64,000 nucleotides of DNA from an uncultured Bacteroidota bacterium (GTDB lineage: Bacteria > Bacteroidota > Bacteroidia > Flavobacteriales > Flavobacteriaceae), in contig CAIMMM010000006.1 of the NCBI GenBank assembly GCA_903842575.1, positions 11,456-75,455 of the forward strand, written 5' to 3'. The notes under the pieces were generated by a model. That model was given only the letters and a program-made list of their open reading frames with translations, ran no database searches and had not been told where the DNA came from. Both the position numbers and the translations under genes were made by a program. Within the stretch, counting starts at the first letter, position 1; the number at the start of each line of letters is the position of its first letter. This document shows positions 33,769 to 42,949 of the stretch, piece by piece.

Positions 33769-35832
33769 ATGTTAGAAAATCCAAAAAGATATACCATTAC
33801 AGCGGCTTTGCCTTATACAAACGGACCCATTCACATTGGTCATTTGGCGGGCGTTTACGTGCCTTCCGATATTTATGCGCGCTTTCAACGATTGCAAGGA
33901 AAAGATGTGGCGTTTATTTGTGGCAGCGATGAACACGGCGTTGCCATTTCAATGAAAGCCAAAAAAGAAGGGATCACACCGCAACAAGTTATTGATAAAT
34001 ACGATGGGATTATTCGCAAATCGTTCCTGGATTTTGGGATTTCGTTTGATAATTATTCCCGAACTTCTTCCAAAATACATCACGATACGGCTTCCGAATT
34101 TTTTAAAAAACTATACGGCAAAGGCGATTTTATTGAAGAAGTAACCGAGCAATTGTATGATGCCAAAGCGGATCAATTTCTTGCCGACCGATTTGTGGTG
34201 GGAACTTGCCCTAAATGCGAGAATCCAGAAGCCTATGGCGATCAATGTGAGCGTTGCGGTTCTACATTAAATGCTACTGATTTAATCAACCCAAAATCAA
34301 CCATCACTGGAGATACTCCCATATTAAAAAAAACGAAACACTGGTTTTTGCCTTTAGACCGATACCAAGATTTTCTTTCAGCATGGATTTTGGTGGGTCA
34401 TGCCAAAGATTGGAAAGTAAATGTATTGGGTCAGGTAAAATCGTGGATTGATGGCGGTTTGGAGCCTCGTGCTGTGACGCGAGATTTAGATTGGGGTATA
34501 GATGTTCCTGTGGAAGGTGCCGAAGGGAAAAAACTCTATGTTTGGTTTGATGCGCCTATTGGCTATATATCATCAACCAAAGAATGGGCAGCCCGAGAAG
34601 GAAAAGATTGGGAGCCTTATTGGAAAGATGCCGGTACCAAATTGGTTCATTTTATTGGAAAGGACAACATTGTTTTTCATTGCATTATTTTTCCAGCAAT
34701 GTTGAAAGCGGAAGGAAGTTATATTTTACCCGATAATGTTCCGGCTAATGAGTTCTTGAATTTAGAAGGAAATAAATTATCAACTTCTAAAAACTGGGCT
34801 GTTTGGTTGCACGAATATTTGGAAGATTTTCCAGATAAGCAGGATTCTTTGCGTTATGCCTTGACATCCAACGCGCCTGAAACCAAAGACAACGATTTTA
34901 CCTGGAAAGATTTTCAGGCGAGAAACAACAACGAACTGGCGGCAATTTTTGGGAATTTCATTAATCGCGTGGTGGTTTTGACCAATAAATATTATGAGGG
35001 TATTGTTCCCGTTCCAAATGAATTTACGGAATTTGACGAACAAACTTTGGCCGAATTAAAAGCGTATCCAGCGGTGATTTCAAGTTCTATAGAGCGCTAT
35101 CGATTTAGGGACGCGCAAGGAGAATTGATGAATGTGGCCCGATTGGGAAATAAATATTTAGCTGACGAAGAACCTTGGAAAATGGTAAAAACCAATCCAG
35201 AGCGGGTGCAAACTCAAATGTATGTGGCGTTGCAAATTGCTGCGGCGTTGCAAATTTTATGCGAACCTTTTTTACCGTTCACATCCAATACATTAGGAAA
35301 AACACTTCGCCAAGCTCCTCAAAAAAATGGATGGGAAGCGGTTACTGAAACATCCGAATTATTAAAATCGGGTCACAAAATTGGCGATGCAGCAATATTG
35401 TTTGCTCAAATCGACGATGAACAAATTCAAAAACAAATAGACAAACTGGAAGCTACCAAAGTAGCCAATAAAGAAGAAAACAAAGTGATAGAGCCACAAA
35501 AAGAAACCACCACTTTTGAAGATTTTTCCAAACTCGATTTGCGTGTTGGAACGATCCTCGAAGCTGAGAAAATGCCGAAAGCCAACAAACTATTGGTGTT
35601 AAAAGTAGATACCGGAATAGATGTTCGCACGATTGTTTCGGGAATTGCCGAGAGTTTTTCTCCGGATGAAATTATTGGAAAACGCGTCACGGTTTTGATA
35701 AATTTGGCTCCGAGAAACCTTAGAGGTGTAGACAGTCAAGGGATGATTTTGATGACCAATAATGCGGAGGGAAAATTGGTTTTTGTAAACCCAGATGCGG
35801 ATGGTGTTGGGAATGGAACGATTATTAGTTAA
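33769..35832 (+). CDS. metG: methionine--tRNA ligase
   Basis: [14 protein letters not shown] (HIGH), KLSTSK (KMSKS), Zn knuckles (CPKCE..CERCG) and a C-terminal EMAP/tRNA-binding domain. Start placed at MLENPKRY (ATG 33769). Confidence 0.9.
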   Translation: MLENPKRYTITAALPYTNGPIHIGHLAGVYVPSDIYARFQRLQGKDVAFICGSDEHGVAISMKAKKEGITPQQVIDKYDGIIRKSFLDFGISFDNYSRTSSKIHHDTASEFFKKLYGKGDFIEEVTEQLYDAKADQFLADRFVVGTCPKCENPEAYGDQCERCGSTLNATDLINPKSTITGDTPILKKTKHWFLPLDRYQDFLSAWILVGHAKDWKVNVLGQVKSWIDGGLEPRAVTRDLDWGIDVPVEGAEGKKLYVWFDAPIGYISSTKEWAAREGKDWEPYWKDAGTKLVHFIGKDNIVFHCIIFPAMLKAEGSYILPDNVPANEFLNLEGNKLSTSKNWAVWLHEYLEDFPDKQDSLRYALTSNAPETKDNDFTWKDFQARNNNELAAIFGNFINRVVVLTNKYYEGIVPVPNEFTEFDEQTLAELKAYPAVISSSIERYRFRDAQGELMNVARLGNKYLADEEPWKMVKTNPERVQTQMYVALQIAAALQILCEPFLPFTSNTLGKTLRQAPQKNGWEAVTETSELLKSGHKIGDAAILFAQIDDEQIQKQIDKLEATKVANKEENKVIEPQKETTTFEDFSKLDLRVGTILEAEKMPKANKLLVLKVDTGIDVRTIVSGIAESFSPDEIIGKRVTVLINLAPRNLRGVDSQGMILMTNNAEGKLVFVNPDADGVGNGTIIS

Positions 35833-35833
35833 A

Positions 35834-36523
35834 ATGCAAAATATAAAAGTAATTGCTTTCGACGCTGATGACACGCTATTTGTCAACGAACCTTATTTTC
35901 AAGAAGTAGAACAAAAATTTTGTGTTTTGATGAGTGATTATTTGTCGAAGCAAGGCTTGTCGCAACAGCTTTTTAAAACCGAAGTCGATAATTTGCACTT
36001 GTATGGTTATGGTATTAAAGGGTACTCGCTTTCTATGATTGAAGCGGCCATGAAAATTTCCAACAATACCATTTCCATGGAAATCATCGAAAAGATTATT
36101 GGTTATGGAAAAGATTTACTCCAAAAACCCATTGAATTATTAGACGGTGTAGAGGAAACTTTAGCGCAACTTCATGGCAAATACAAATTGATTGTAGCGA
36201 CCAAAGGCGATTTAAAAGACCAGCAAAGTAAACTGCATCGTTCCGGATTAGGACATTATTTTCATCACATCGAAGTAATGAGTGATAAACAAGAAATTAA
36301 TTATACCCATTTATTAAACAGATTAGAAATTCAGCCCAATGAGTTTTTTATGATTGGCAATTCTTTAAAATCGGATGTGTTGCCTGTATTGGAAATTGGG
36401 GGTTATGCCGTACATGTTCCGTTTCACACCATTTGGGCTCATGAAAAAATAGATCATAAAGTGGAACATGAAAATTTTAGAACGGTGGATAAAATCTCGG
36501 ATGTATTGGAGATTTTACTTTAA
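35834..36523 (+). CDS. HAD family hydrolase
   Basis: IAFDADDTLF (DxDxT) motif and ATKGD. Start at ATG 35834, directly after the metG stop. Confidence 0.7.
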   Translation: MQNIKVIAFDADDTLFVNEPYFQEVEQKFCVLMSDYLSKQGLSQQLFKTEVDNLHLYGYGIKGYSLSMIEAAMKISNNTISMEIIEKIIGYGKDLLQKPIELLDGVEETLAQLHGKYKLIVATKGDLKDQQSKLHRSGLGHYFHHIEVMSDKQEINYTHLLNRLEIQPNEFFMIGNSLKSDVLPVLEIGGYAVHVPFHTIWAHEKIDHKVEHENFRTVDKISDVLEILL

Positions 36524-36530
36524 TAAAAAA

Positions 36531-36556
36531 AGCGACAAAACTTTCGCCTTGTCGCT
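36531..36556. terminator. bidirectional terminator hairpin between HAD and ssb
   Basis: AGCGACAA-aactttcgcc-TTGTCGCT, flanked by A-rich and T-rich runs. Confidence 0.6.
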
Positions 36557-36576
36557 TAATCTAAAAAATAATATTG

Positions 36577-36909
36577 TTATTTCCCCAACAACAAGACATC
36601 ATTCGCTACTACCTCGGTTATAAAACGCTTTTCGCCGTTTTTGTCATCATAACTTCTATGCGTTAGTTTTCCATCAATAGCAATCTCTTTTCCTTTGGTA
36701 ACATATTTCTCAATAATGTCGGCCGTTTTCCCCCAAGCCGAAATTCTGTGCCATTCGGTTTGTTCTACTTTTTCTCCTTTTTCATTTTTGTAACTTTCAT
36801 TGGTTGCCAAAGTAATATTGGCTACTTTTTTACCTCCGTCAAAGGTTTTGATTTCCGGGTCATTCCCTACATGACCAATTAACTGTACTCTGTTTCTCAT
36901 TGCATTCAT
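36577..36909 (-). CDS. ssb: single-stranded DNA-binding protein, OB-fold only (no C-terminal acidic tail)
   Basis: NRVQLIGHVGNDPE..TEWHRISAWGK..KGKEIAIDGKLTHRSY. Ends right after the OB fold. Confidence 0.8.
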   Translation of the reverse strand: MNAMRNRVQLIGHVGNDPEIKTFDGGKKVANITLATNESYKNEKGEKVEQTEWHRISAWGKTADIIEKYVTKGKEIAIDGKLTHRSYDDKNGEKRFITEVVANDVLLLGK

Positions 36910-37097
36910 GGCTTGTAAAATTTAAATGTTAGTATATGTTTTTGCCGATTGTTATTTGATTTCGACAGGGCAAAGATGTGAAGGTTTCTAAAACTTAGTC
37001 GGTAGCTAACCATTTACTTTCGGTTGTAAATGTTTGTAACCGTTTGTAATTGGAAATTAATGATTATATTTGATTGATTTTTAAAGGATTATGACTT

Positions 37098-37445
37098 ATG
37101 AAAAATTGTTTGGAATGTACTGAGAAAATTGTGGGCCGGGAGGACAAAAAATTCTGTAGCGACGGTTGTCGCAATGCGTACAACAATAAAATCAATAAAG
37201 ACAGTACCAATTTTATGCGCAATGTAAACAACAAACTGCGTAAAAATTATCGTGTTTTATCAGACCTCAACATCGAAGGGAAATCGAAAACTACCAAAAC
37301 GAAATTGCTTTCGAAAGGTTTTGATTTCGAATTTTTTACCAATATTTTACAAACCAATACGGGTAATACTTATCATTTTGTTTACGACCAAGGTTACCGT
37401 TTTTTGGACAATGATTTTTATATGTTAGTTAAAAAAGAATATTAA
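37098..37445 (+). CDS. Zn-ribbon-containing hypothetical protein
   Basis: CLEC-x13-C-x3-C at the N-terminus. Nothing else recognisable. Confidence 0.5.
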   Translation: MKNCLECTEKIVGREDKKFCSDGCRNAYNNKINKDSTNFMRNVNNKLRKNYRVLSDLNIEGKSKTTKTKLLSKGFDFEFFTNILQTNTGNTYHFVYDQGYRFLDNDFYMLVKKEY

Positions 37446-37452
37446 CTTTACG

Positions 37453-39864
37453 ATGATGAAAAAGAACAATACCTCTCTAGTTTCTATTCTGATTTTAGCA
37501 GCACTTTTATTTGGTGTTTTTTATTTTATGATGCCACAAGGGTATGATGAAAGTGAAGCGCCACTTTCCGAATTTTCAACTCAAAGAGCTTTAGCTAAGG
37601 TAAAAATAATTGCGTCTAAACCACATTTTGTAGGCTCCAAGAACCATGAAGTAGTTGCCCAATATCTTATAAAAGAATTGCAAAATTTAGGGTTAGAAAC
37701 GTCCTTACAAGAAGGATTTACAATGATTGACAACGGCACGCTTGTAAAATCTAAAAATATTTTAGCGCGCATAAAAGGTAGCCAATCTTCGAAAGCTTTG
37801 TTATTGCTTTCGCATTATGACAGTGCGCCACATTCCTTTTCCAAAGGTGCTAGCGATAATGCATCGGGCGTGGCAACAATCCTAGAAGGCGTTCGTGTTT
37901 TTATAAATAATAAAACCAAACATAAAAATGATATCCTTATTTTATTTTCCGATGCCGAAGAATTAGGGTTGAATGGCGCGGCGCTTTTTGTGACGAAACA
38001 CAACTGGGCAAAGGAAGTTGGTTTTGTTTTAAATTTTGAAGCAAGAGGAACTTCGGGACCAAGTTTTATGTTGATGGAAACCAATCAGGGTAACGGGAAA
38101 ATGGTTGATGCTTTCAGCGCTGGAAGTGTAAAATATCCGGTTTCCAATTCTTTGATGTACAGCATTTATAAAATGTTACCCAATGATACCGATTTAACTG
38201 TTTTTAGAGAAAAAAGGGGGATTCAGGGTTATAATTTTGCATTCATAGACAATCATTTTAATTATCATACGGTACAGGACAAATATGAAAATTTGAATCC
38301 CAATACCTTGGCACATCAAGGCACTTATTTAGTTCCGTTGCTAAATTATTTTTCAAATGCCGATTTGAACACAATGAATACAACAGAGGACAAAGTGTAT
38401 TTTAATATTCCTTTTGCATTTATTAGCTATCCTTTTGGGTGGATTTTGCCCATATTTATAGGTGCGAGTATCCTTTTCCTCTTCTTAATTTTTGTCGGTT
38501 TAGGGAAACGCACTATAAAATCGAGGGATGTTTTTATTGGGTTTATTCCGCTTGTTGCAACGCTTATTGTGGCAGGATTGACAACATTTTTAAGTTGGAA
38601 ATTTTTACTTTCTATTTATCCTCAATACAATGATATTCTTCAAGGATTTACCTATAACGGACATGATTATATCTATGCATTTGTGTGTTTAACGCTTGCT
38701 ATTTGTTTTTTATTTTATCAAAATAAAGGCAAAAAAAATCCAGAAATGAGCCAAATGATTGCTCCATTATTTATTTGGTTGCTACTAAATTTAGGATTTG
38801 TCATTTCATTAAAAGGGGCAGGATATTTAATATTTCCCGTTCTTTCTAGTATGTTAATGCTTGGCTATTTTGTGCTTACTCAAAAAAGTAGTTGGTTTTT
38901 AAATATTCTATTAGCCATTCCTACTTTGGTAATTATAGCCCCTTTTATTCAAATGTTCCCAATTGCTTTGGGCTTAAAAATATTAGTAGGAAGTTCCATT
39001 TTAACCGTGTTGAGTTTTACCTTGTTGCTACCCATTTTTGGCTCTTTTCCACGAAAAGGAATTTGGTCATTGGGCTTCTTTTTAATTGCCATTGGCTTCT
39101 TTTTCAAAGCCCATCAATCATCGGGTTATGTAATTGGGAAGGCAAAACCTAACAGTTTATTATATGTGTTGGATGCTGATAAAAATAAAGCCGATTGGGC
39201 AACATATGATGTGACTTTAGATGAATGGACAAAAAGGTATTTGGGTGAAAATCCAAATGAAGCAGCAGATTTAAATTCCATAAAACCATATAGTAAATAT
39301 AAGTCTGAATTTACATTTATGTCGAAAGCAGAAGTCAAACAAGTCCCAAAACCAACTATAGAATTTCTTCGGGATACCATCAAAGGAAACCAAAGAATGT
39401 TAAAAATCTTGATTACACCAAATAGAAAAGTAAATCGCTATGATGTTTTTAAAAATAAATTATTGAAAATTAATAATTTAAAAGCCAACGGCGTTTCATC
39501 GTTAGATTTAAAAAGCAATATTTTAAAAAGAAGGAAAAACGATGAAATTCTAATGTATTATGTGGTTGATAATTTACCTCTAGAACTTGAATTTTCTATT
39601 CCGAAAGACCAAGTTTTAGACATGAAATTTGCGGAAAGTTCTTTCGATTTATTGAACAATCCCATGTTTAGTGTGGTAAAAAGAAAAGATTGGATGATTC
39701 CAACTCCCTTTGTTTTGAATGATGCTGTTGTAATTATGCAAAGCATTAAACCAACCCAAAAAAGAGGGGCAAAAATGAAAGATCTAACTGTTCCTAAAAA
39801 ATTCTACCAAAAAAAAACGGCTGAAGTAAAAGACACAATCCAAAATATTAATGAAACAAATTAG
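37453..39864 (+). CDS. M28 family metallopeptidase fused to a multi-TM domain
   Basis: LLSHYDSAPHS..GASDNASGVA..LFSDAEELGLNGA metal ligand motifs, followed by about 8 hydrophobic segments. Confidence 0.75.
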   Translation: MMKKNNTSLVSILILAALLFGVFYFMMPQGYDESEAPLSEFSTQRALAKVKIIASKPHFVGSKNHEVVAQYLIKELQNLGLETSLQEGFTMIDNGTLVKSKNILARIKGSQSSKALLLLSHYDSAPHSFSKGASDNASGVATILEGVRVFINNKTKHKNDILILFSDAEELGLNGAALFVTKHNWAKEVGFVLNFEARGTSGPSFMLMETNQGNGKMVDAFSAGSVKYPVSNSLMYSIYKMLPNDTDLTVFREKRGIQGYNFAFIDNHFNYHTVQDKYENLNPNTLAHQGTYLVPLLNYFSNADLNTMNTTEDKVYFNIPFAFISYPFGWILPIFIGASILFLFLIFVGLGKRTIKSRDVFIGFIPLVATLIVAGLTTFLSWKFLLSIYPQYNDILQGFTYNGHDYIYAFVCLTLAICFLFYQNKGKKNPEMSQMIAPLFIWLLLNLGFVISLKGAGYLIFPVLSSMLMLGYFVLTQKSSWFLNILLAIPTLVIIAPFIQMFPIALGLKILVGSSILTVLSFTLLLPIFGSFPRKGIWSLGFFLIAIGFFFKAHQSSGYVIGKAKPNSLLYVLDADKNKADWATYDVTLDEWTKRYLGENPNEAADLNSIKPYSKYKSEFTFMSKAEVKQVPKPTIEFLRDTIKGNQRMLKILITPNRKVNRYDVFKNKLLKINNLKANGVSSLDLKSNILKRRKNDEILMYYVVDNLPLELEFSIPKDQVLDMKFAESSFDLLNNPMFSVVKRKDWMIPTPFVLNDAVVIMQSIKPTQKRGAKMKDLTVPKKFYQKKTAEVKDTIQNINETN

Positions 39865-40669
39865 TATTCTTGGTTGTGGTTGGTTGGGATTGCCCTTAGC
39901 AAAAACATTGATTGGGAACGGATATAAAGTGAAAGGTTCAACAACTTCTGAAACAAAAATTCCTGCATTAGAAAATTTTGGAATTAATCCATTTCTTGTC
40001 ACCCTGAGCGCAGTCGAAAGCCTTACAGATGAAAATGAAATCGATTCATTTCTGGAAAATTCCAAAATCCTGATTATAGATATTCCGCCAAAATTACGAA
40101 GTGTTTCGAATGAAACCTTTGTTGGAAAAATTCAAAATTTTATTCCTTTTATTGAAAAATCAACTGTGAAAAAAGTATTGTTTATTAGCTCGACTTCTGT
40201 TTATGCGGATTCCACTTCATCACTCAATATTACAGAAGAAACAATTCTAAATCCTATTACCGAAAGCGGAAAGCAACTTTTGGAAGCGGAAGAATTATTG
40301 CTAAACAACATAAACTTCCATACAACTATCCTTCGTTTTGGTGGTTTGATAGGAGAAGGCCGGCATCCCATTCACTTTTTAGCAGGAAGAAAAGACATTG
40401 AAAATCCAGAAGCACCCATAAATTTAATTCATCAAGCCGATTGTATTGGAATTATTGAAGCCATAATCAAACGTGATTTTTTTGGGGAAACTTTCAATGC
40501 CGTGGCTCCTTTTCATCCATCGAGAAAAGAATATTACTCGCAAAAAGCTATTGAATTCCATTTGCCTTTGCCTGAATTTGATGAAACCAAACCTTCGGTC
40601 GGGAAACTAATTTCCGGCGAAAAAGTGGGTCGCCTTTTGAAATATAATTTTACTTTTTCAAAGCTTTAA
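39851..40669 (+). CDS. NAD(P)-binding Rossmann-fold oxidoreductase (SDR/NmrA-like)
   Basis: ISILGCGWLGLPLAKTL dinucleotide-binding motif. Confidence 0.6.
   Translation: MKQISILGCGWLGLPLAKTLIGNGYKVKGSTTSETKIPALENFGINPFLVTLSAVESLTDENEIDSFLENSKILIIDIPPKLRSVSNETFVGKIQNFIPFIEKSTVKKVLFISSTSVYADSTSSLNITEETILNPITESGKQLLEAEELLLNNINFHTTILRFGGLIGEGRHPIHFLAGRKDIENPEAPINLIHQADCIGIIEAIIKRDFFGETFNAVAPFHPSRKEYYSQKAIEFHLPLPEFDETKPSVGKLISGEKVGRLLKYNFTFSKL
39998..40022. repeat. 25-nt GTCACCCTGAGCGCAGTCGAAAGCC motif embedded in-frame in a CDS
   Basis: Resembles the GTCAYYCTGA..GAAG..C motif of the intergenic hairpin at 16522..16577. It also resembles Bacteroidota intergenic repeats as I remember them. Encodes VTLSAVES. 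Confidence 0.35.
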
Positions 40670-40723
40670 ACAAATTACAATTCCCTATATTTGAACTTCT
40701 ATCCCTATAAATTATATTCTAAT

Positions 40724-42670
40724 ATGAAATCAAAACAACTTCTTTTAGCCCTTTCGTTTCTGTCTACCATTCATATCTATGGGCAGCAAAATAAAAATAT
40801 TGTGGTGCCCAATGAAAATTTGATTACCCAAAATATTTCCGAAATATCAAAAGAATTATCCAATCAAGTAAAAAAATATTCCGAATCTCGTGGCGCTACG
40901 ATGTTTGCCATTCATCCATTAAAAAATAAAATTATCATCAGCACTCGTTTTGGAACCACTTCACAAATTCATAGTGTGACACAACCTATGGGAGCTCGAA
41001 CTCAGCTTACTTTTTTTGATGAACCGGTGAGTAGCGCATCTTTCGAACCCCTAAATGGTGAATATTTGATTTATTCGAAAGATGTTGGCGGAAATGAATT
41101 TGGCCAATTGTACAAACTCGATTTAAAAACATTAAAATCTACCCTTATAACCGATGGAGGCCGTTCACAAAACAGTGGAATTATATGGCGAAAAGATGGA
41201 AAAGGATTTTATTATTCCTCTACCAAAAGAAATGGCGGAGACAGAGATATTTATTATTTAGACCCAAACAATCCTTCCTCTGAAAAATTGGTTTTGCAAG
41301 TAAAAGGTGGTGGCTGGGGGATTTCAAATATTTCATCAGACGATAAACAATTATTGATAGAAGAATCTATTTCTGCTAATGAAGGACATATTTGGATGTT
41401 AGACATTGAAACGGGGAAATTAACCGAAGTAACCGATAGAAAATCTTCAAACGTTCTTCAAGGAGGGGCTATTTATTCTATGGATGCAAACGAAATTTGG
41501 TTTGTAACGGATAAAGACAATGAATTTAAACGGTTGGCAACACTAAATTTAGTTACCAAAAAGACTGCTTATTATACTTCAAACATTCCATGGAATGTTG
41601 AAAATTATAATTTATCTGAAGATAAAAAGTCTCTTGTATTTATTACTAATGAAGCAGGGTTAAATAAAATGTATTTCATGAATACCGCTAATAAATCCTA
41701 TTATGAAGTGAAAAATCTTCCTATGGGTTTAATTAGCAATGCAAAATTCACCAATGATAACGCTTCGGTTTTCTTCACGCAATCTACCTCAAGAACTTCT
41801 TCAGATGTTTATAAATTAAACATCCAAACAGGATCTATAGAACAATGGACAAAAAGTGAATTGGGAGAAATGCAAGAATCCGATTTGTCATTGCCAAAAG
41901 CTATTGAATGGAAAAGTTTTGACGGGTTGAATATTTCGGGGTTTTATTATCCTGCATCATCGAAATTTTCTGGGAAAAGGCCTGTTATGATTAATATTCA
42001 TGGGGGGCCAGAAGGTCAATCTATGGCGTCGTTTTTAGGAGCAAATAATTATTATACCAACGAAATGGGAGTTGCACTAATTTTTCCAAATGTCCGAGGT
42101 TCATCTGGTTTTGGAAAAACATTTATAGCCAAAGACAATGGGATTTTAAGAGAAGATTCTGTAAAAGATATTGGGGGTCTTCTGGATTGGATTGCACAAC
42201 AACCCGATTTAGACAAGGATAGAGTGATGATAATGGGAGGAAGTTATGGTGGATATATGACCTTAGCGACCGCTTTTCATTTTGCCGATAGAATAAAATG
42301 TTCGGTAGATGTTGTGGGGATTTCTAATTTCAATACTTTCTTAAAAAACACCGAAGAATATAGAAGAGATTTGAGGAGAGTGGAATATGGCGATGAAAGA
42401 ATTCCAAAAATGGCAGAATTTTTTGAAAAAATTGCTCCTTTAAATAATATCGATAAAATCAAAAAACCACTATTTATTATTCAAGGAACAAATGACCCTA
42501 GAGTTCCTGTTACTGAGGCAATACAAATGCGGGACAAATTGAAATCACAAGGGAAAACAGTTTGGTATCTTGAAGCCAAAGATGAAGGTCACGGATTTAA
42601 GAAAAAACCAAATATTGATTTTCAACGATTGGCGGTTATCCGATTTATGGAAGAATTTTTACTAAAGTAA
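40724..42670 (+). CDS. S9 family serine peptidase (prolyl oligopeptidase / dipeptidyl peptidase type)
   Basis: N-terminal beta-propeller-like region, GGSYGGYM nucleophile elbow, QGTNDPRV and DEGHGF. Signal peptide begins at the ATG 40724 start. Confidence 0.8.
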   Translation: MKSKQLLLALSFLSTIHIYGQQNKNIVVPNENLITQNISEISKELSNQVKKYSESRGATMFAIHPLKNKIIISTRFGTTSQIHSVTQPMGARTQLTFFDEPVSSASFEPLNGEYLIYSKDVGGNEFGQLYKLDLKTLKSTLITDGGRSQNSGIIWRKDGKGFYYSSTKRNGGDRDIYYLDPNNPSSEKLVLQVKGGGWGISNISSDDKQLLIEESISANEGHIWMLDIETGKLTEVTDRKSSNVLQGGAIYSMDANEIWFVTDKDNEFKRLATLNLVTKKTAYYTSNIPWNVENYNLSEDKKSLVFITNEAGLNKMYFMNTANKSYYEVKNLPMGLISNAKFTNDNASVFFTQSTSRTSSDVYKLNIQTGSIEQWTKSELGEMQESDLSLPKAIEWKSFDGLNISGFYYPASSKFSGKRPVMINIHGGPEGQSMASFLGANNYYTNEMGVALIFPNVRGSSGFGKTFIAKDNGILREDSVKDIGGLLDWIAQQPDLDKDRVMIMGGSYGGYMTLATAFHFADRIKCSVDVVGISNFNTFLKNTEEYRRDLRRVEYGDERIPKMAEFFEKIAPLNNIDKIKKPLFIIQGTNDPRVPVTEAIQMRDKLKSQGKTVWYLEAKDEGHGFKKKPNIDFQRLAVIRFMEEFLLK

Positions 42671-42676
42671 TTTTTG

Positions 42677-42925
42677 ATGAATGTAAATGACCTGATAGGA
42701 ACCATTGGTGTTGGGCTAATTCTTATCGCTTATTTTTTGAATATCTTTTCTTTAATCAAGAAAGATGGTGTTTTGTTTTATGTTTTGAACATTCTTGGCG
42801 GTGGCATTGCTTGTTTCGCTTCTATATTAATCAGGTTTTGGCCTTTTATAATACTTGAAGGAACATGGGCAATCATTAGCGTAATTGCTTTATTAAAAAG
42901 CATAAAAAAACCTCAAGATTCTTGA
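42677..42925 (+). CDS. small membrane protein (3 TM), hypothetical
   Basis: 82 aa, hydrophobic throughout. Confidence 0.45.
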   Translation: MNVNDLIGTIGVGLILIAYFLNIFSLIKKDGVLFYVLNILGGGIACFASILIRFWPFIILEGTWAIISVIALLKSIKKPQDS

Positions 42926-42934
42926 GGTTTTTTT
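42905..42934. terminator. bidirectional terminator between convergent genes
   Basis: AAAAAACCTCAAG-att-CTTGAGGTTTTTTT. Confidence 0.7.
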
Positions 42935-42949
42935 ATGCTTATAATTTGA

